A DNA stretch of 32,000 nucleotides. It comes from Candidatus Saccharimonadota bacterium (GTDB taxonomy: Bacteria > Patescibacteriota > Gracilibacteria > UBA1369 > 2-02-FULL-48-14). Each line of letters starts with the position of its first letter. Positions within the stretch are counted from its first letter, which is position 1. Below are positions 1 to 11,432 of the stretch, piece by piece. The notes under the pieces are model-generated. The model did not search any database. It saw only the letters and a program-made list of their open reading frames with translations, and was not told where the DNA came from. The position numbers were made by a program, and so were the translations under genes. The stretch is taken from NCBI GenBank assembly GCA_041661045.1, contig JBAZVE010000001.1:990001-1022000 (forward strand). Reading direction: 5' to 3'.

Positions 1-66
1 ACCAAGCTCTACTTTGAATCGCTCAATAGTCTCCCTGAAGTCCCCTCTGCTCCCTAACACCGCTCC

Positions 67-1374
67 ATGGCGCGAACCAAAAAGTTTATTGCTCACTTCT
101 CTGAAGAGAATTTAGCCAAATACCCTCAAGAAGTCCGTGATTTGATCGATAAAGGTCGCCAACGCGGCTTTGTGACGCAACAGGAATTGATGCATGCTTT
201 GCCAAACCTGGAAGAGGATATTGAATTTGCGGATGAGGTCTACACGCTGCTTTTGGAGCTTGGAATCGATTTGATTGATGTGAAGGATGAGATGATTTGG
301 GGAAAGAAGGAATCGGAAGAAGAGGAGCCTGCGGATGAAGACTTAATGGATGAGGAATTGATTAAGCTGGCGGAAGCAGACGATCTTGGGGAAGAGTTTT
401 CTGAAGAAGTGACGGAGACCGAAGAAGAGGCGGAAGAACGCGTGGCCAAGAAGAAGAAAAAAGATAAGGCGGATAAAGACCATGCGGCGGCTGTGGAAGC
501 GGCAGCTAAGAAAAAAGAAAGGAGCAAAAAAACAGTGGATCTTTCGGAAATTGCGAACGATTCCATCCGTATGTATCTTTGTGAAATCGGTAAGGTGGAC
601 TTGCTCACGGCTAAAGAAGAAGCGGATTTGGCGCGAAAGATTGCTAAAGGAGATCAATCGGCCAAAGCTAAGTTGGCGGAGGCTAATCTTCGTTTAGTGG
701 TTTCTATCGCAAAAAAATACATTGGTCGTGGACTTTCGTTCTTGGATCTTATCCAGGAGGGAAATATTGGTTTGTTCCGAGCCGTAGAGAAATTTGATCC
801 CAATCGAGGGTTCAAGTTCTCCACTTATGCAACTTGGTGGATTCGTCAGGCCATCACTCGTGCTATTGCGGATCAAGCGCGCACCATTCGTATTCCGGTG
901 CACATGGTGGAAACCATCAACAAGCTGACGCACACCCAACGCCGTTTGGTGCAGGAGCTTGGGCGGGAACCTCTGGTGGAAGAGCTGGCTGCGGAAATGG
1001 ATATGGATGAGAAAAAGGTTCGTCATATTCTTAAAATCTCTCAGGATATTGTTTCTTTGGAGGCTCCGGTTGGGGCCGAAGAGGACAGCAAGCTTGGAGA
1101 CTTTATTGAAGATGATGATGCGCTTTCTCCTTCCGAGCAGACCAACCGTCAGCTCATTAAGGAAAATATTCACGAGATGCTTCAATACCTTTCTCCACGA
1201 GAACGAAAGATTATTGAAATGCGATTTGGACTTAAAGATGGTATTGGTCACACTTTGGAAGAGGTGGGCAATGAGTTTGGAGTGACCCGAGAACGGATTC
1301 GACAGATTGAAGCCAAGGTCCTTCATAAGCTGCGTGAACACCCAAAGAGTGTTAAAATCCGCGCATATTTCTGA
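67..1374 (+). CDS. rpoD: RNA polymerase primary sigma factor (sigma-70 family)
   Basis: 435-aa ORF. Region 2-3 signature [54 protein letters not shown]. Region 4.2 [26 protein letters not shown]. Acidic/Lys-rich spacer in region 1. Confidence 0.95.
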   Translation: MARTKKFIAHFSEENLAKYPQEVRDLIDKGRQRGFVTQQELMHALPNLEEDIEFADEVYTLLLELGIDLIDVKDEMIWGKKESEEEEPADEDLMDEELIKLAEADDLGEEFSEEVTETEEEAEERVAKKKKKDKADKDHAAAVEAAAKKKERSKKTVDLSEIANDSIRMYLCEIGKVDLLTAKEEADLARKIAKGDQSAKAKLAEANLRLVVSIAKKYIGRGLSFLDLIQEGNIGLFRAVEKFDPNRGFKFSTYATWWIRQAITRAIADQARTIRIPVHMVETINKLTHTQRRLVQELGREPLVEELAAEMDMDEKKVRHILKISQDIVSLEAPVGAEEDSKLGDFIEDDDALSPSEQTNRQLIKENIHEMLQYLSPRERKIIEMRFGLKDGIGHTLEEVGNEFGVTRERIRQIEAKVLHKLREHPKSVKIRAYF

Positions 1375-1420
1375 TCCCTCGGCCCTGCCCGAGTCTTACT
1401 GTTTGTCTAACCCACTATTT

Positions 1421-1948
1421 ATGTCTAAAGCTATGACTCAAAAAAGTACCGGATCCAAAAAGGCCATTGTTGCCACCGGAGATGAAGAACTTCTTGTGAC
1501 CAAGGAAGGTCTCAAGGCTCTCCATGAAGAATTGGAATTTTTGTCCACCACTCGCAGGAAGCAAGTGGCTGAACGGCTCAAAGAAGCCATCAGTTATGGA
1601 GATCTTTCCGAGAACTCTGAGTATGAGGAAGCTAAGAATGAGCAGGCTTTTGTGGAGGGCCGTATTATTGAGCTGGAAGGAATGATTAAGATCGCCAAGG
1701 CGGTGGATGAGAAGCAGCATTCTAAAAAAGTAGTGGAGATTGGAGCCAAGGTTAAAATTTCCAACACCAAGAAAAAAGAAGAGATGGAAATCACGATTGT
1801 GGGTGCCACCGAAGCAGATCCTTTCAACGGCCGAATCTCTAATGAGTCTCCCATTGGAACCGCTTTGCTGGGAAGCAAAGTGGGGGATGTTGTTACGGTA
1901 GACGCTCCTGTCGGAAAGTTGGAATACGAGGTGCTTAAACTCTCTTAG
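1421..1948 (+). CDS. greA: Transcription elongation factor GreA
   Basis: The ORF track starts at 1307 inside rpoD. I trimmed it to the ATG at 1421 (MSKAMTQK; an alternative ATG is at 1433). GreA coiled-coil motif ISYGDLSENSEYEEAKNEQAFVEGRIIELE followed by a C-terminal globular domain. Confidence 0.9.
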   Translation: MSKAMTQKSTGSKKAIVATGDEELLVTKEGLKALHEELEFLSTTRRKQVAERLKEAISYGDLSENSEYEEAKNEQAFVEGRIIELEGMIKIAKAVDEKQHSKKVVEIGAKVKISNTKKKEEMEITIVGATEADPFNGRISNESPIGTALLGSKVGDVVTVDAPVGKLEYEVLKLS

Positions 1949-2318
1949 TCTTTTTCTTTCCTTTCTTTTTGGGCAGATACTTGTCGGTCTTTTTCTGGTC
2001 TTCGAGCATGGGTTTCATCTCTTCCGCCTTGCTTGTTTTTTTCCAAAACCAGACTCCATAGGCACTGGCGGCCACGAAGAGGAGGACTATCCAGAGGCGC
2101 ATTCCAAGATATGGGATATTTTGATCTCTAAAGAATGTCAGTAAGAGCCCCACAATGGAGAATTCACGCATTCGAGAGGCCAGGCCGCCTTGTTTAAGCT
2201 TGAAGCTTCCCGCAAAAACTCCAATGAAGAGAACTAGGAGGGGCCAAAAATAAAGGAAACTGCTTCCGGGCTGTTGATCCAGGAGGTAGGAGAGGCTGAA
2301 CAGTTTAAAGGGATTCAT
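1935..2318 (-). CDS. Hypothetical small membrane protein (about 3 hydrophobic helices, Lys-rich C-terminal tail)
   Basis: 127-aa ORF with an ATG start. It overlaps the lgt stop by 14 nt and convergently overlaps the greA 3' end by 14 nt. Hydrophobic segments are present, and the tail reads KKKGKKKTKRV. No family recognised. Confidence 0.5.
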   Translation of the reverse strand: MNPFKLFSLSYLLDQQPGSSFLYFWPLLVLFIGVFAGSFKLKQGGLASRMREFSIVGLLLTFFRDQNIPYLGMRLWIVLLFVAASAYGVWFWKKTSKAEEMKPMLEDQKKTDKYLPKKKGKKKTKRV

Positions 2319-3099
2319 GAGGATGAGATTTAAAGGATTTTATTCTTTTTAGGAGTAGGGAACCACTTAAGAGGAAGAAGAGTGCGAAGAAAAATATGGG
2401 CAACCGTATTCTTAAGATCAGGAGTGTATCATCCCCCTTGAAGAATTCAAGAATAAAAAATAGTAAACTCAGAAAAGTGGAGTAGTAGAGGGTGGAGTTT
2501 CCCTCTCGTTCAAAGAAGGTGGTTTTTTTACCGAGATGCCTCTTTAAGCCGAGGACTCCCAAGATTGCAAGGATAGTGTAGATCTGTACCGGGTGCACGG
2601 GAACGGTGTATTTAACACTATAAACTTCGTAGCGGACTCCCCAAAAGAGATCGGTGGGTCTTCCATAGGCGTATCCCCCCAAAAAAGCACCTGCATTTCC
2701 AATACTCATTCCTACCAGGAGGGGTACGATGAGGGCATCCGTCCATTCCCAAATGTTCTCTCCGGATCGGTAGAGGCGGTAAGTCAGGGCCAAGAGGAAT
2801 CCCAATAATGCTCCCCAAAAAGAAAACCCCTGGTCCCAAATCGCAAAGAAATTTCCCAGTGTTCTCAGGTTGAATCCCGGGAAATAGGCATCGGTGTGCA
2901 GGACAAAATAAAAAATTCTTGAACAGATCAAGGCACTGAGGAAAAAGGTTCCACTGTGTTCGATGAAGAGAGTAAAATTCACGCGGGCTCGTTTGAGCCG
3001 TTGCACGGCCAAATAACTTCCAGCTAAGAGAGCCAGGGCAACAAAGACCCACAAGGTTTGAATAGAGACGAATTGAGACTCGTAAAGGATGGGAATCAT
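2305..3099 (-). CDS. lgt: Prolipoprotein diacylglyceryl transferase (divergent)
   Basis: 264-aa polytopic membrane ORF. Lgt-like blocks: IWDQGFSFWGALLG (compare W-DGG-S-HGG), GNAGAFLGGYAYGRPTDLFWGV (compare GR-GNF-NGE-G) and HPVQIY (compare HP-QLYE). Confidence 0.75.
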   Translation of the reverse strand: MIPILYESQFVSIQTLWVFVALALLAGSYLAVQRLKRARVNFTLFIEHSGTFFLSALICSRIFYFVLHTDAYFPGFNLRTLGNFFAIWDQGFSFWGALLGFLLALTYRLYRSGENIWEWTDALIVPLLVGMSIGNAGAFLGGYAYGRPTDLFWGVRYEVYSVKYTVPVHPVQIYTILAILGVLGLKRHLGKKTTFFEREGNSTLYYSTFLSLLFFILEFFKGDDTLLILRIRLPIFFFALFFLLSGSLLLKRIKSFKSHPHESL

Positions 3100-3100
3100 C

Positions 3101-6209
<3,109 letters not shown>

Positions 6210-6282
6210 GCCCCAAAAGTCTAGGGCTTAAAAAAGAATCAGAAAAATGGTGCTGACGAATGAATCATAAACCTTCAGAAAG

Positions 6283-6312
6283 AAAAAGGAGAGATCATGA
6301 TCTCTCCTTTTT
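6283..6312 (-). terminator. Rho-independent terminator candidate downstream of the 1090-aa surface-protein gene
   Basis: Perfect 30-bp palindrome aaaaaggagagatcatgatctctccttttt, 32 nt past the stop at 6344. In the minus sense the hairpin is followed by tttttctttct. The A-run/T-run flanks could make it bidirectional. Confidence 0.7.
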
Positions 6313-6343
6313 CGCTTCAAGATGAATGAGTCCGCACGATTTT

Positions 6344-9300
6344 CTAGTCCTCCCAATCTTCTGAAGCGATGCCCCAGGCGAGGGAGACGCGGTAGGCGAT
6401 GGCCATGGCCTCGCTACGGAGAATATCGTTGTAAGGTTTGAAGCTGTCGTCGTCATAGCCTTCAATCACGCGGACATTGTCTTCTTGAGCGGTATCCACG
6501 AGGGTTCCGTAGGCAATGGCCAAGGCGTAGGCGAAGTAGTCTTCGTTATCCACATCTTCAAAGATGTCTTCAACATCGTAATCGTAGATGCTTTGGTCCG
6601 CGAAACGAACGGCGTAGAGAATGGCATCGGCACGAGTGATGGGTTCGTTGGGGTAGAAGTAATATCCATTGTCCCGTGTACGAATCACATCTTCATCTTC
6701 AGCAATGTTGAGGTAGGGGTAGAACCAATCGTTGGCAGAAACATCGTAGAAGCCGGTCTTGTCTTCCCACCCATCGTCCACATCATGACCAAAGATCAAA
6801 ACCATCACTTTGATCCATTCGGCACGGGTGATTTCGTCTGCCGGAACAAAAGTGGTTGAAGTGCGGCCTTGAATGATGCTGGCTTGGTAAAGGCGGCAGA
6901 CCAAATCTGCAAACCATTCTCCATTGGTGTCGGTGAAAGGATCGGTACATCGGTAATTTCTATTTTTGATCACTTCTCCAGAATTCACATTGGTCACTGA
7001 AACATCACCGGGGTTGACCCCGTTGTAGGCCGCATCGGTTGAGATGGCGGCGGCGGTGATGATCGAGTAAGCCACATCCGCATCATCGGAACTGTCGGCA
7101 ACTCCGGTGACCGTAATGGTTTGAGGAGTGGACCAAGTTGCGGTGGTGAATGTGACTGAACTTGGAGATACGGTTCCTTCCGTTGTATCTGATGAGGAAA
7201 GTCCAACGCTGACATCCGCTGTGGGCTGCTTGCTGAGCACCATGGTGAATGTGGCGGTTCCACCGGCTTCCGTCGTGTTGCCGGAGATGGTGGAAACGGA
7301 AATGGTACCGGTTTCAGTTGGCGTTGTTGGGGTTGTTGGGCTGGTGTCGTTGTCGGTGATGGTCGCGGTGAGATTGGGTACCGCGGTACTCGCGTCGGTG
7401 TCGTAAATGCTGAGAGAGTGGGTGAGCACTCCGGAATGAGTCCCTTCCACACTGCTGTCGTCCACAGCCGTTACGGTGACCATTTGAGGTACGCTCCAGT
7501 TTGTTGCATCAAAGATGAGCGAACTTGGAGTGACCGTCAATTGAGCGTCGGGGGTGATCTTGAAGCCCATGGTTGCGGAGGGAGCCGCAGTGAGTGCAAC
7601 CGTGTAGGAATCGGTGGCTCCACCTTCTGTTACAGCTGTAGTTCCGGAAGATTCAACAATGTTGGCTTCCACTGGTGTTGTGGTTCCTCCACCGGTGAGG
7701 GTGAACTTGCTTGCGCAAGTGGGATACTCCAGCATTTCAACGGTTATGGTGTCTCCCGATACGCCTCCACTGAAGAGACCACTCAATATGGTGCTGTTTT
7801 CGGTGAGGGTGATGAGATAAGGATTCTCCGGTCCGGTGGAGTACAAGTACTCACTGGTGCCGTCGGAATGAATCAAATTGCTTCCACTAAAACCTCCGGC
7901 TCCATCGGTTTTGATGGAAAGGGTGGCGCTGAGTGCAGTCATGCTTGTTGCGGCATCGTAGTCAAAGGTTGTCATCACACTCATATCAAAACTGGCCGTT
8001 GGAGTGTTGGCAGGAATTTCGTAAGAACTGGGAGTGACGGTAAGTCCTGTACAAGCCAGTGCGTCGGGTTCGGTGGGATCGGCTTGGGTGATAGTGAAGG
8101 ATTCGCTGCAATTTGTTTCTTCTCCATCCACTGAAACAGTGATGGTCTCTCCGACACTCCCTCCAGTAAAGTGCATGGTTACAATGCGAGGTTCCGTTAA
8201 GTTGAGGAGATAAGGATTGGAAAGAGTTATGCCATCTTCACTGAAGAAACTGCTTCCACTTCCTCCGCTGGATTGGAATCTTAGGGTTCCCGTCCAACCC
8301 TCTACACTAGTGCCATCCGTTGGAATGACTATTTCTGTGAGGGTGAATGCTTTCAAGTTGTCTGAAAGCGAGGGAATGCTCGCCGTGACCGCGGTGGTAC
8401 TGATCCCAACGGTGATATCGAAATCGGCAGTGGTGTCCTCTGCCGCCATTTCATAGGAGCTGGGTGAAACCGCGAGGCCTGAACAGGCACTTTCGAGTGC
8501 GGTGATACTGAGGCTGAGCGCGGCGTCGGCAGAAGCACGGGCTTGAGTGGCATAATTTCGCGCGGCTTCCGCAGCTCTGTTGGCTTCTTCCATCAATACG
8601 CCTTCTTCGTTACGAAGTGTGTTCAGTTCGCTGTAGGCAGCGAGGGCATCGGTGTACGCCGCGTGGCTCGTATCCACCATTGTACTCATGGTTTGGTACT
8701 GAAGGAGGAGCTCCTCGTAATCCTCAATGTGCTCCTCAAGATATGCCTCAACTTCTGGGGTCCACTCTGCCGTGCCTATCGTGCCCCATGTTGCCCAGAT
8801 CGTGTCCCAATCCACCAAGTTTTCTACTGTACATTCGTTGTCGAACCAAGCTTCTGGGTCCTCCCCTCCTGGGATTACTCCTGAGGTGGTGGTATCACAA
8901 GCAGGAAAAGAGGATTCATAGACTTCAAGACAAGCCGTGCTATTGTAGTCTCCTCTTTCCATTGCGCCGCTTGCATTGTCTCTGTCTGTATTTGCACAGT
9001 CTACAAAATCTACAGAATTTGTTTGAGTGTATTCCACCCTCCACTCTCCCCAAAAGCTACACAATGAATGATAGGTATAGCCCCCCCATCCAGGGTACAG
9101 AGTATAGGTGCAGTTTGACATCAATAGCTCGTTGTAAAACCCATAATAGCTGTGTTCAAGATCCACCTTGGCAAAGTCTCTATTGTAGATGGCTTCAAGG
9201 TAGGAGGCTTGATAGCCAGAGAGGGCTGCTTCGGCGGCATCTGCGGCGGCTTCTGTTGCATTGTGAAATTCTTCCGCTTGGACGCGGAGCGCTTCGGCAG

Positions 9301-9616
9301 TGGTGGCAGCGGCTTCGGCGGCCTCGGCGGCGGCTACGGCATCCGCTTGCGCGGCTGCGAGTGCGGTAGCATCGTTGGCGTCGGCGGCGACGGTGGCCTC
9401 CCCGGCCGCTTCCATTGCCGCTACGGAAGCGTCTAACGCATCTTGCCTGTACGCTTCGACGGAATTGACTGTTTCTTCAAAATCTGAGGTGCCCGGCAAA
9501 GAGCCTCCCCATCTTCCCTTCAACCAATCGCTTTGCACAAGGGCAAAGGCGAGGGCGCCGAGGAGGACGAGGGCGAGGACGATAAGGATAAAAGGTTTAC
9601 GGGATTTATTGGGCAT
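6344..9616 (-). CDS. Large secreted/cell-surface protein with C-terminal SLH triplet (S-layer or adhesin candidate)
   Basis: 1090-aa ORF with this layout: N-terminal hydrophobic anchor/signal (aa 9-27); Ala-rich helical segments; Cys/Trp-rich region (aa ~155-290, 8 Cys); two copies of a Cys-bracketed ~120-135-aa module (aa 378-511 and 522-642); two beta-sandwich adhesin-type repeats (aa ~648-757 and 769-878, pattern TEGG..F.V.L...P...V...TFT..NW..PQ.(I/V)TVT.V.D); three SLH-like repeats (aa ~889-1090, e.g. FTDTNGEWFADLVCRLYQASIIQGRTSTTFVPADEITRAEWIKVM). Confidence 0.9.
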   Translation of the reverse strand: MPNKSRKPFILIVLALVLLGALAFALVQSDWLKGRWGGSLPGTSDFEETVNSVEAYRQDALDASVAAMEAAGEATVAADANDATALAAAQADAVAAAEAAEAAATTAEALRVQAEEFHNATEAAADAAEAALSGYQASYLEAIYNRDFAKVDLEHSYYGFYNELLMSNCTYTLYPGWGGYTYHSLCSFWGEWRVEYTQTNSVDFVDCANTDRDNASGAMERGDYNSTACLEVYESSFPACDTTTSGVIPGGEDPEAWFDNECTVENLVDWDTIWATWGTIGTAEWTPEVEAYLEEHIEDYEELLLQYQTMSTMVDTSHAAYTDALAAYSELNTLRNEEGVLMEEANRAAEAARNYATQARASADAALSLSITALESACSGLAVSPSSYEMAAEDTTADFDITVGISTTAVTASIPSLSDNLKAFTLTEIVIPTDGTSVEGWTGTLRFQSSGGSGSSFFSEDGITLSNPYLLNLTEPRIVTMHFTGGSVGETITVSVDGEETNCSESFTITQADPTEPDALACTGLTVTPSSYEIPANTPTASFDMSVMTTFDYDAATSMTALSATLSIKTDGAGGFSGSNLIHSDGTSEYLYSTGPENPYLITLTENSTILSGLFSGGVSGDTITVEMLEYPTCASKFTLTGGGTTTPVEANIVESSGTTAVTEGGATDSYTVALTAAPSATMGFKITPDAQLTVTPSSLIFDATNWSVPQMVTVTAVDDSSVEGTHSGVLTHSLSIYDTDASTAVPNLTATITDNDTSPTTPTTPTETGTISVSTISGNTTEAGGTATFTMVLSKQPTADVSVGLSSSDTTEGTVSPSSVTFTTATWSTPQTITVTGVADSSDDADVAYSIITAAAISTDAAYNGVNPGDVSVTNVNSGEVIKNRNYRCTDPFTDTNGEWFADLVCRLYQASIIQGRTSTTFVPADEITRAEWIKVMVLIFGHDVDDGWEDKTGFYDVSANDWFYPYLNIAEDEDVIRTRDNGYYFYPNEPITRADAILYAVRFADQSIYDYDVEDIFEDVDNEDYFAYALAIAYGTLVDTAQEDNVRVIEGYDDDSFKPYNDILRSEAMAIAYRVSLAWGIASEDWED

Positions 9617-11393
9617 ACCAAGCGAGGTAAAATCTTAAAGCGAGCGCCACTGCTTCTGAGCGAGCAATGGACTTTGTGGCACCGGCAGTGCCATTAGAAT
9701 ATCCTTCAAAAACACGAGTCGTCCCTTCATCAGGGTCTTCCACCATCTTGTTGTAGCCAATAATAATGGCATAGGTGTAGGGGTCGGAGGCTTTGAGGTC
9801 TGAGAAGGGGATGTCTTCTTCCTCCCAGTCCCACAAAGTTTGCTCCGCGGTTCGCACCATGTAAAGCATAAAGTCCCCACGAGTGATGTACGCATTTGGA
9901 TTTGCGTATCCTCCGTTATCTATCACTCGAACAACGCCGGCTTCTTGAGCGAGTACATACCATGGGTGAAACCACTCGCTTGATTTCACATCAATAAACT
10001 CTTCCGGGAGGCCTTCGGCATCTTCCTCCGTTTTTCCTGAGAGGAGCATCAATATTTTGATGGCTTCAGCGCGGGTGAGGTCTCCCTCAGGCACAAAACT
10101 ATTGGCATCTCGGCCATTGACGATTCCGGCTTGATAGAGTCGGCACACATTGCTGTAGGACCAGTGTGTTGAATCCACATCGGTAAAGGGTTCGGAGCAT
10201 ACAGCTTCTTTGCTTGTTAAAATGTCATTTATTGTTGTTGTAGTCTCGGTTGTCGTCGTGGTGGTGCTGGATTCAGTGGTGGTGCTAGTGGTGGATGAGC
10301 CGGAGCTTGAAGAACTGGAGGTGCTGTCGGAGGAACTGCTGCCATCGCTTGTTGTTGTGGTGGGCTCCGTTGTGGTTGTGGTAGGTTCGGTTGTGGTAGT
10401 GGTGCCTGTTGTAGTGCTTGAACCGGGGTAACTGGTGGCGTCGAGAGGGTCTGTTCCTGAATCGACTTCGGTTCCGTCTGAGTAAGTGTCCCCGTCGGTG
10501 TCACTGTTGTTGGGGTCTGTTACGGTATCCACTTCTTCGGCATCGGTGAGGCCATCGCCATCCGTGTCTAGGTTTGGATCAGGCTCGGTTGGAGCGGGTT
10601 CGGTTGGTTCTGTTGGTTCTGTTGGAGCCGCCTCGGTTACTTGAGTGAGTGTGAATTTGGTGCTGCATGAAGGATCTTCATTGATGGAAACAGTGATATT
10701 TTCTCCTTCTTTGCCTCCACTGAAGTTTATGTTGGCTACGGAGCCGGATTGAGTGAGGGCTACTTTATAAGGGTTGATGGGGCCGCTTTCCGTGAAGCTT
10801 GTTACGCTTCCATCGGGGTTGCTGAGGCTGTTCCCATGAAAAGCTCCGGCTCCATCGGATTCAAAAACGAGTGTGGCTTCAAAAGCCTCACTATCAGTCC
10901 AAGCATCCAGATCAAAAGTTGTAAGGGCGGTGAGGTCGAAATTGACCTCCGCTGTATTTGCAGGAATCTCATAAGAAGCCGGACTTACGGTGAGTGCGGT
11001 ACACACGATGCTGCTCGTAGTGCTTGTGCTCGTTGTTGTACTGCTTGTTGCGCTACGATCCAGAGGATCGCTACCGCTGCTGACTTCTTCACCATCGTTC
11101 ACGCCGTCTCCATCACTGTCCGGGTTGAGGGGGTCTGTCCCAAATCCTGTAACTTCCGCACCATCCATTAAGCCGTCGTCGTCGGAGTCGGAGTCGTTGG
11201 GGTCTGTCCCCAAATCCCCTTCATCGCTTTTGCGAAGACCATCGCCATCGTCATCGATGCCGGCGGATCCTTCGGTCTCGGTTCCTCCTTCACCTGTTCC
11301 AAATCTTCCCTTAAGAAGACTGGTTTGAGTGAGGGCGAAAACAATTCCGCCGAGTACTGTTAGGGCAATGAAAAGGTAGATGATTTTTTTCAT
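9606..11393 (-). CDS. Secreted/cell-surface protein with TSP3-type Ca-binding repeats, a shared Cys-bracketed module, a Thr/Ser-rich linker and a C-terminal SLH triplet; paralog of the downstream gene
   Basis: 595-aa ORF whose stop overlaps the start of the 1090-aa gene by 11 nt. It contains: DxDxDGxxD repeats (aa 45-112 and 272-320); the module CTALTVSPASYEIPAN...CSTKFTLTQ (aa 131-251); PT and T/S-rich linkers (aa 256-271 and 325-388); SLH repeats (aa ~399-595, FTDVDSTHWSYSNVCRLYQAGIVNGRDANSFVPEGDLTRAEAIKIL). Confidence 0.9.
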   Translation of the reverse strand: MKKIIYLFIALTVLGGIVFALTQTSLLKGRFGTGEGGTETEGSAGIDDDGDGLRKSDEGDLGTDPNDSDSDDDGLMDGAEVTGFGTDPLNPDSDGDGVNDGEEVSSGSDPLDRSATSSTTTSTSTTSSIVCTALTVSPASYEIPANTAEVNFDLTALTTFDLDAWTDSEAFEATLVFESDGAGAFHGNSLSNPDGSVTSFTESGPINPYKVALTQSGSVANINFSGGKEGENITVSINEDPSCSTKFTLTQVTEAAPTEPTEPTEPAPTEPDPNLDTDGDGLTDAEEVDTVTDPNNSDTDGDTYSDGTEVDSGTDPLDATSYPGSSTTTGTTTTTEPTTTTTEPTTTTSDGSSSSDSTSSSSSSGSSTTSTTTESSTTTTTTETTTTINDILTSKEAVCSEPFTDVDSTHWSYSNVCRLYQAGIVNGRDANSFVPEGDLTRAEAIKILMLLSGKTEEDAEGLPEEFIDVKSSEWFHPWYVLAQEAGVVRVIDNGGYANPNAYITRGDFMLYMVRTAEQTLWDWEEEDIPFSDLKASDPYTYAIIIGYNKMVEDPDEGTTRVFEGYSNGTAGATKSIARSEAVALALRFYLAWYAQ

Positions 11394-11432
11394 TTTTGTT
11401 TTTAACTAAATCCTAGCATTTTACACCAAAAG

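Noticed and set aside
1378-1393. Hairpin ctcgg-ccctgc-ccgag after the rpoD stop as an intrinsic terminator
   Set aside because: It has only a 5-bp stem and an interrupted, weak U-tract. greA starts 28 nt later and is probably co-transcribed.
7418-9369. Plus-strand ORFs of 238 aa (7418-8134) and 250 aa (8617-9369) inside the 1090-aa surface-protein gene
   Set aside because: They are antisense to a coherent multi-domain protein. Their translations are Cys/Arg/Gly-rich low-complexity sequences produced by reverse-reading Thr/Ala/Ser codons.
10210-10431. Repetitive gtt/gtg/ggt-rich DNA that might be a tandem repeat, VNTR or CRISPR-like array
   Set aside because: There is no regular repeat-spacer periodicity. 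It is the reverse complement of imperfect Thr/Ser codon runs inside a continuous ORF. No CRISPR array exists anywhere in the window.
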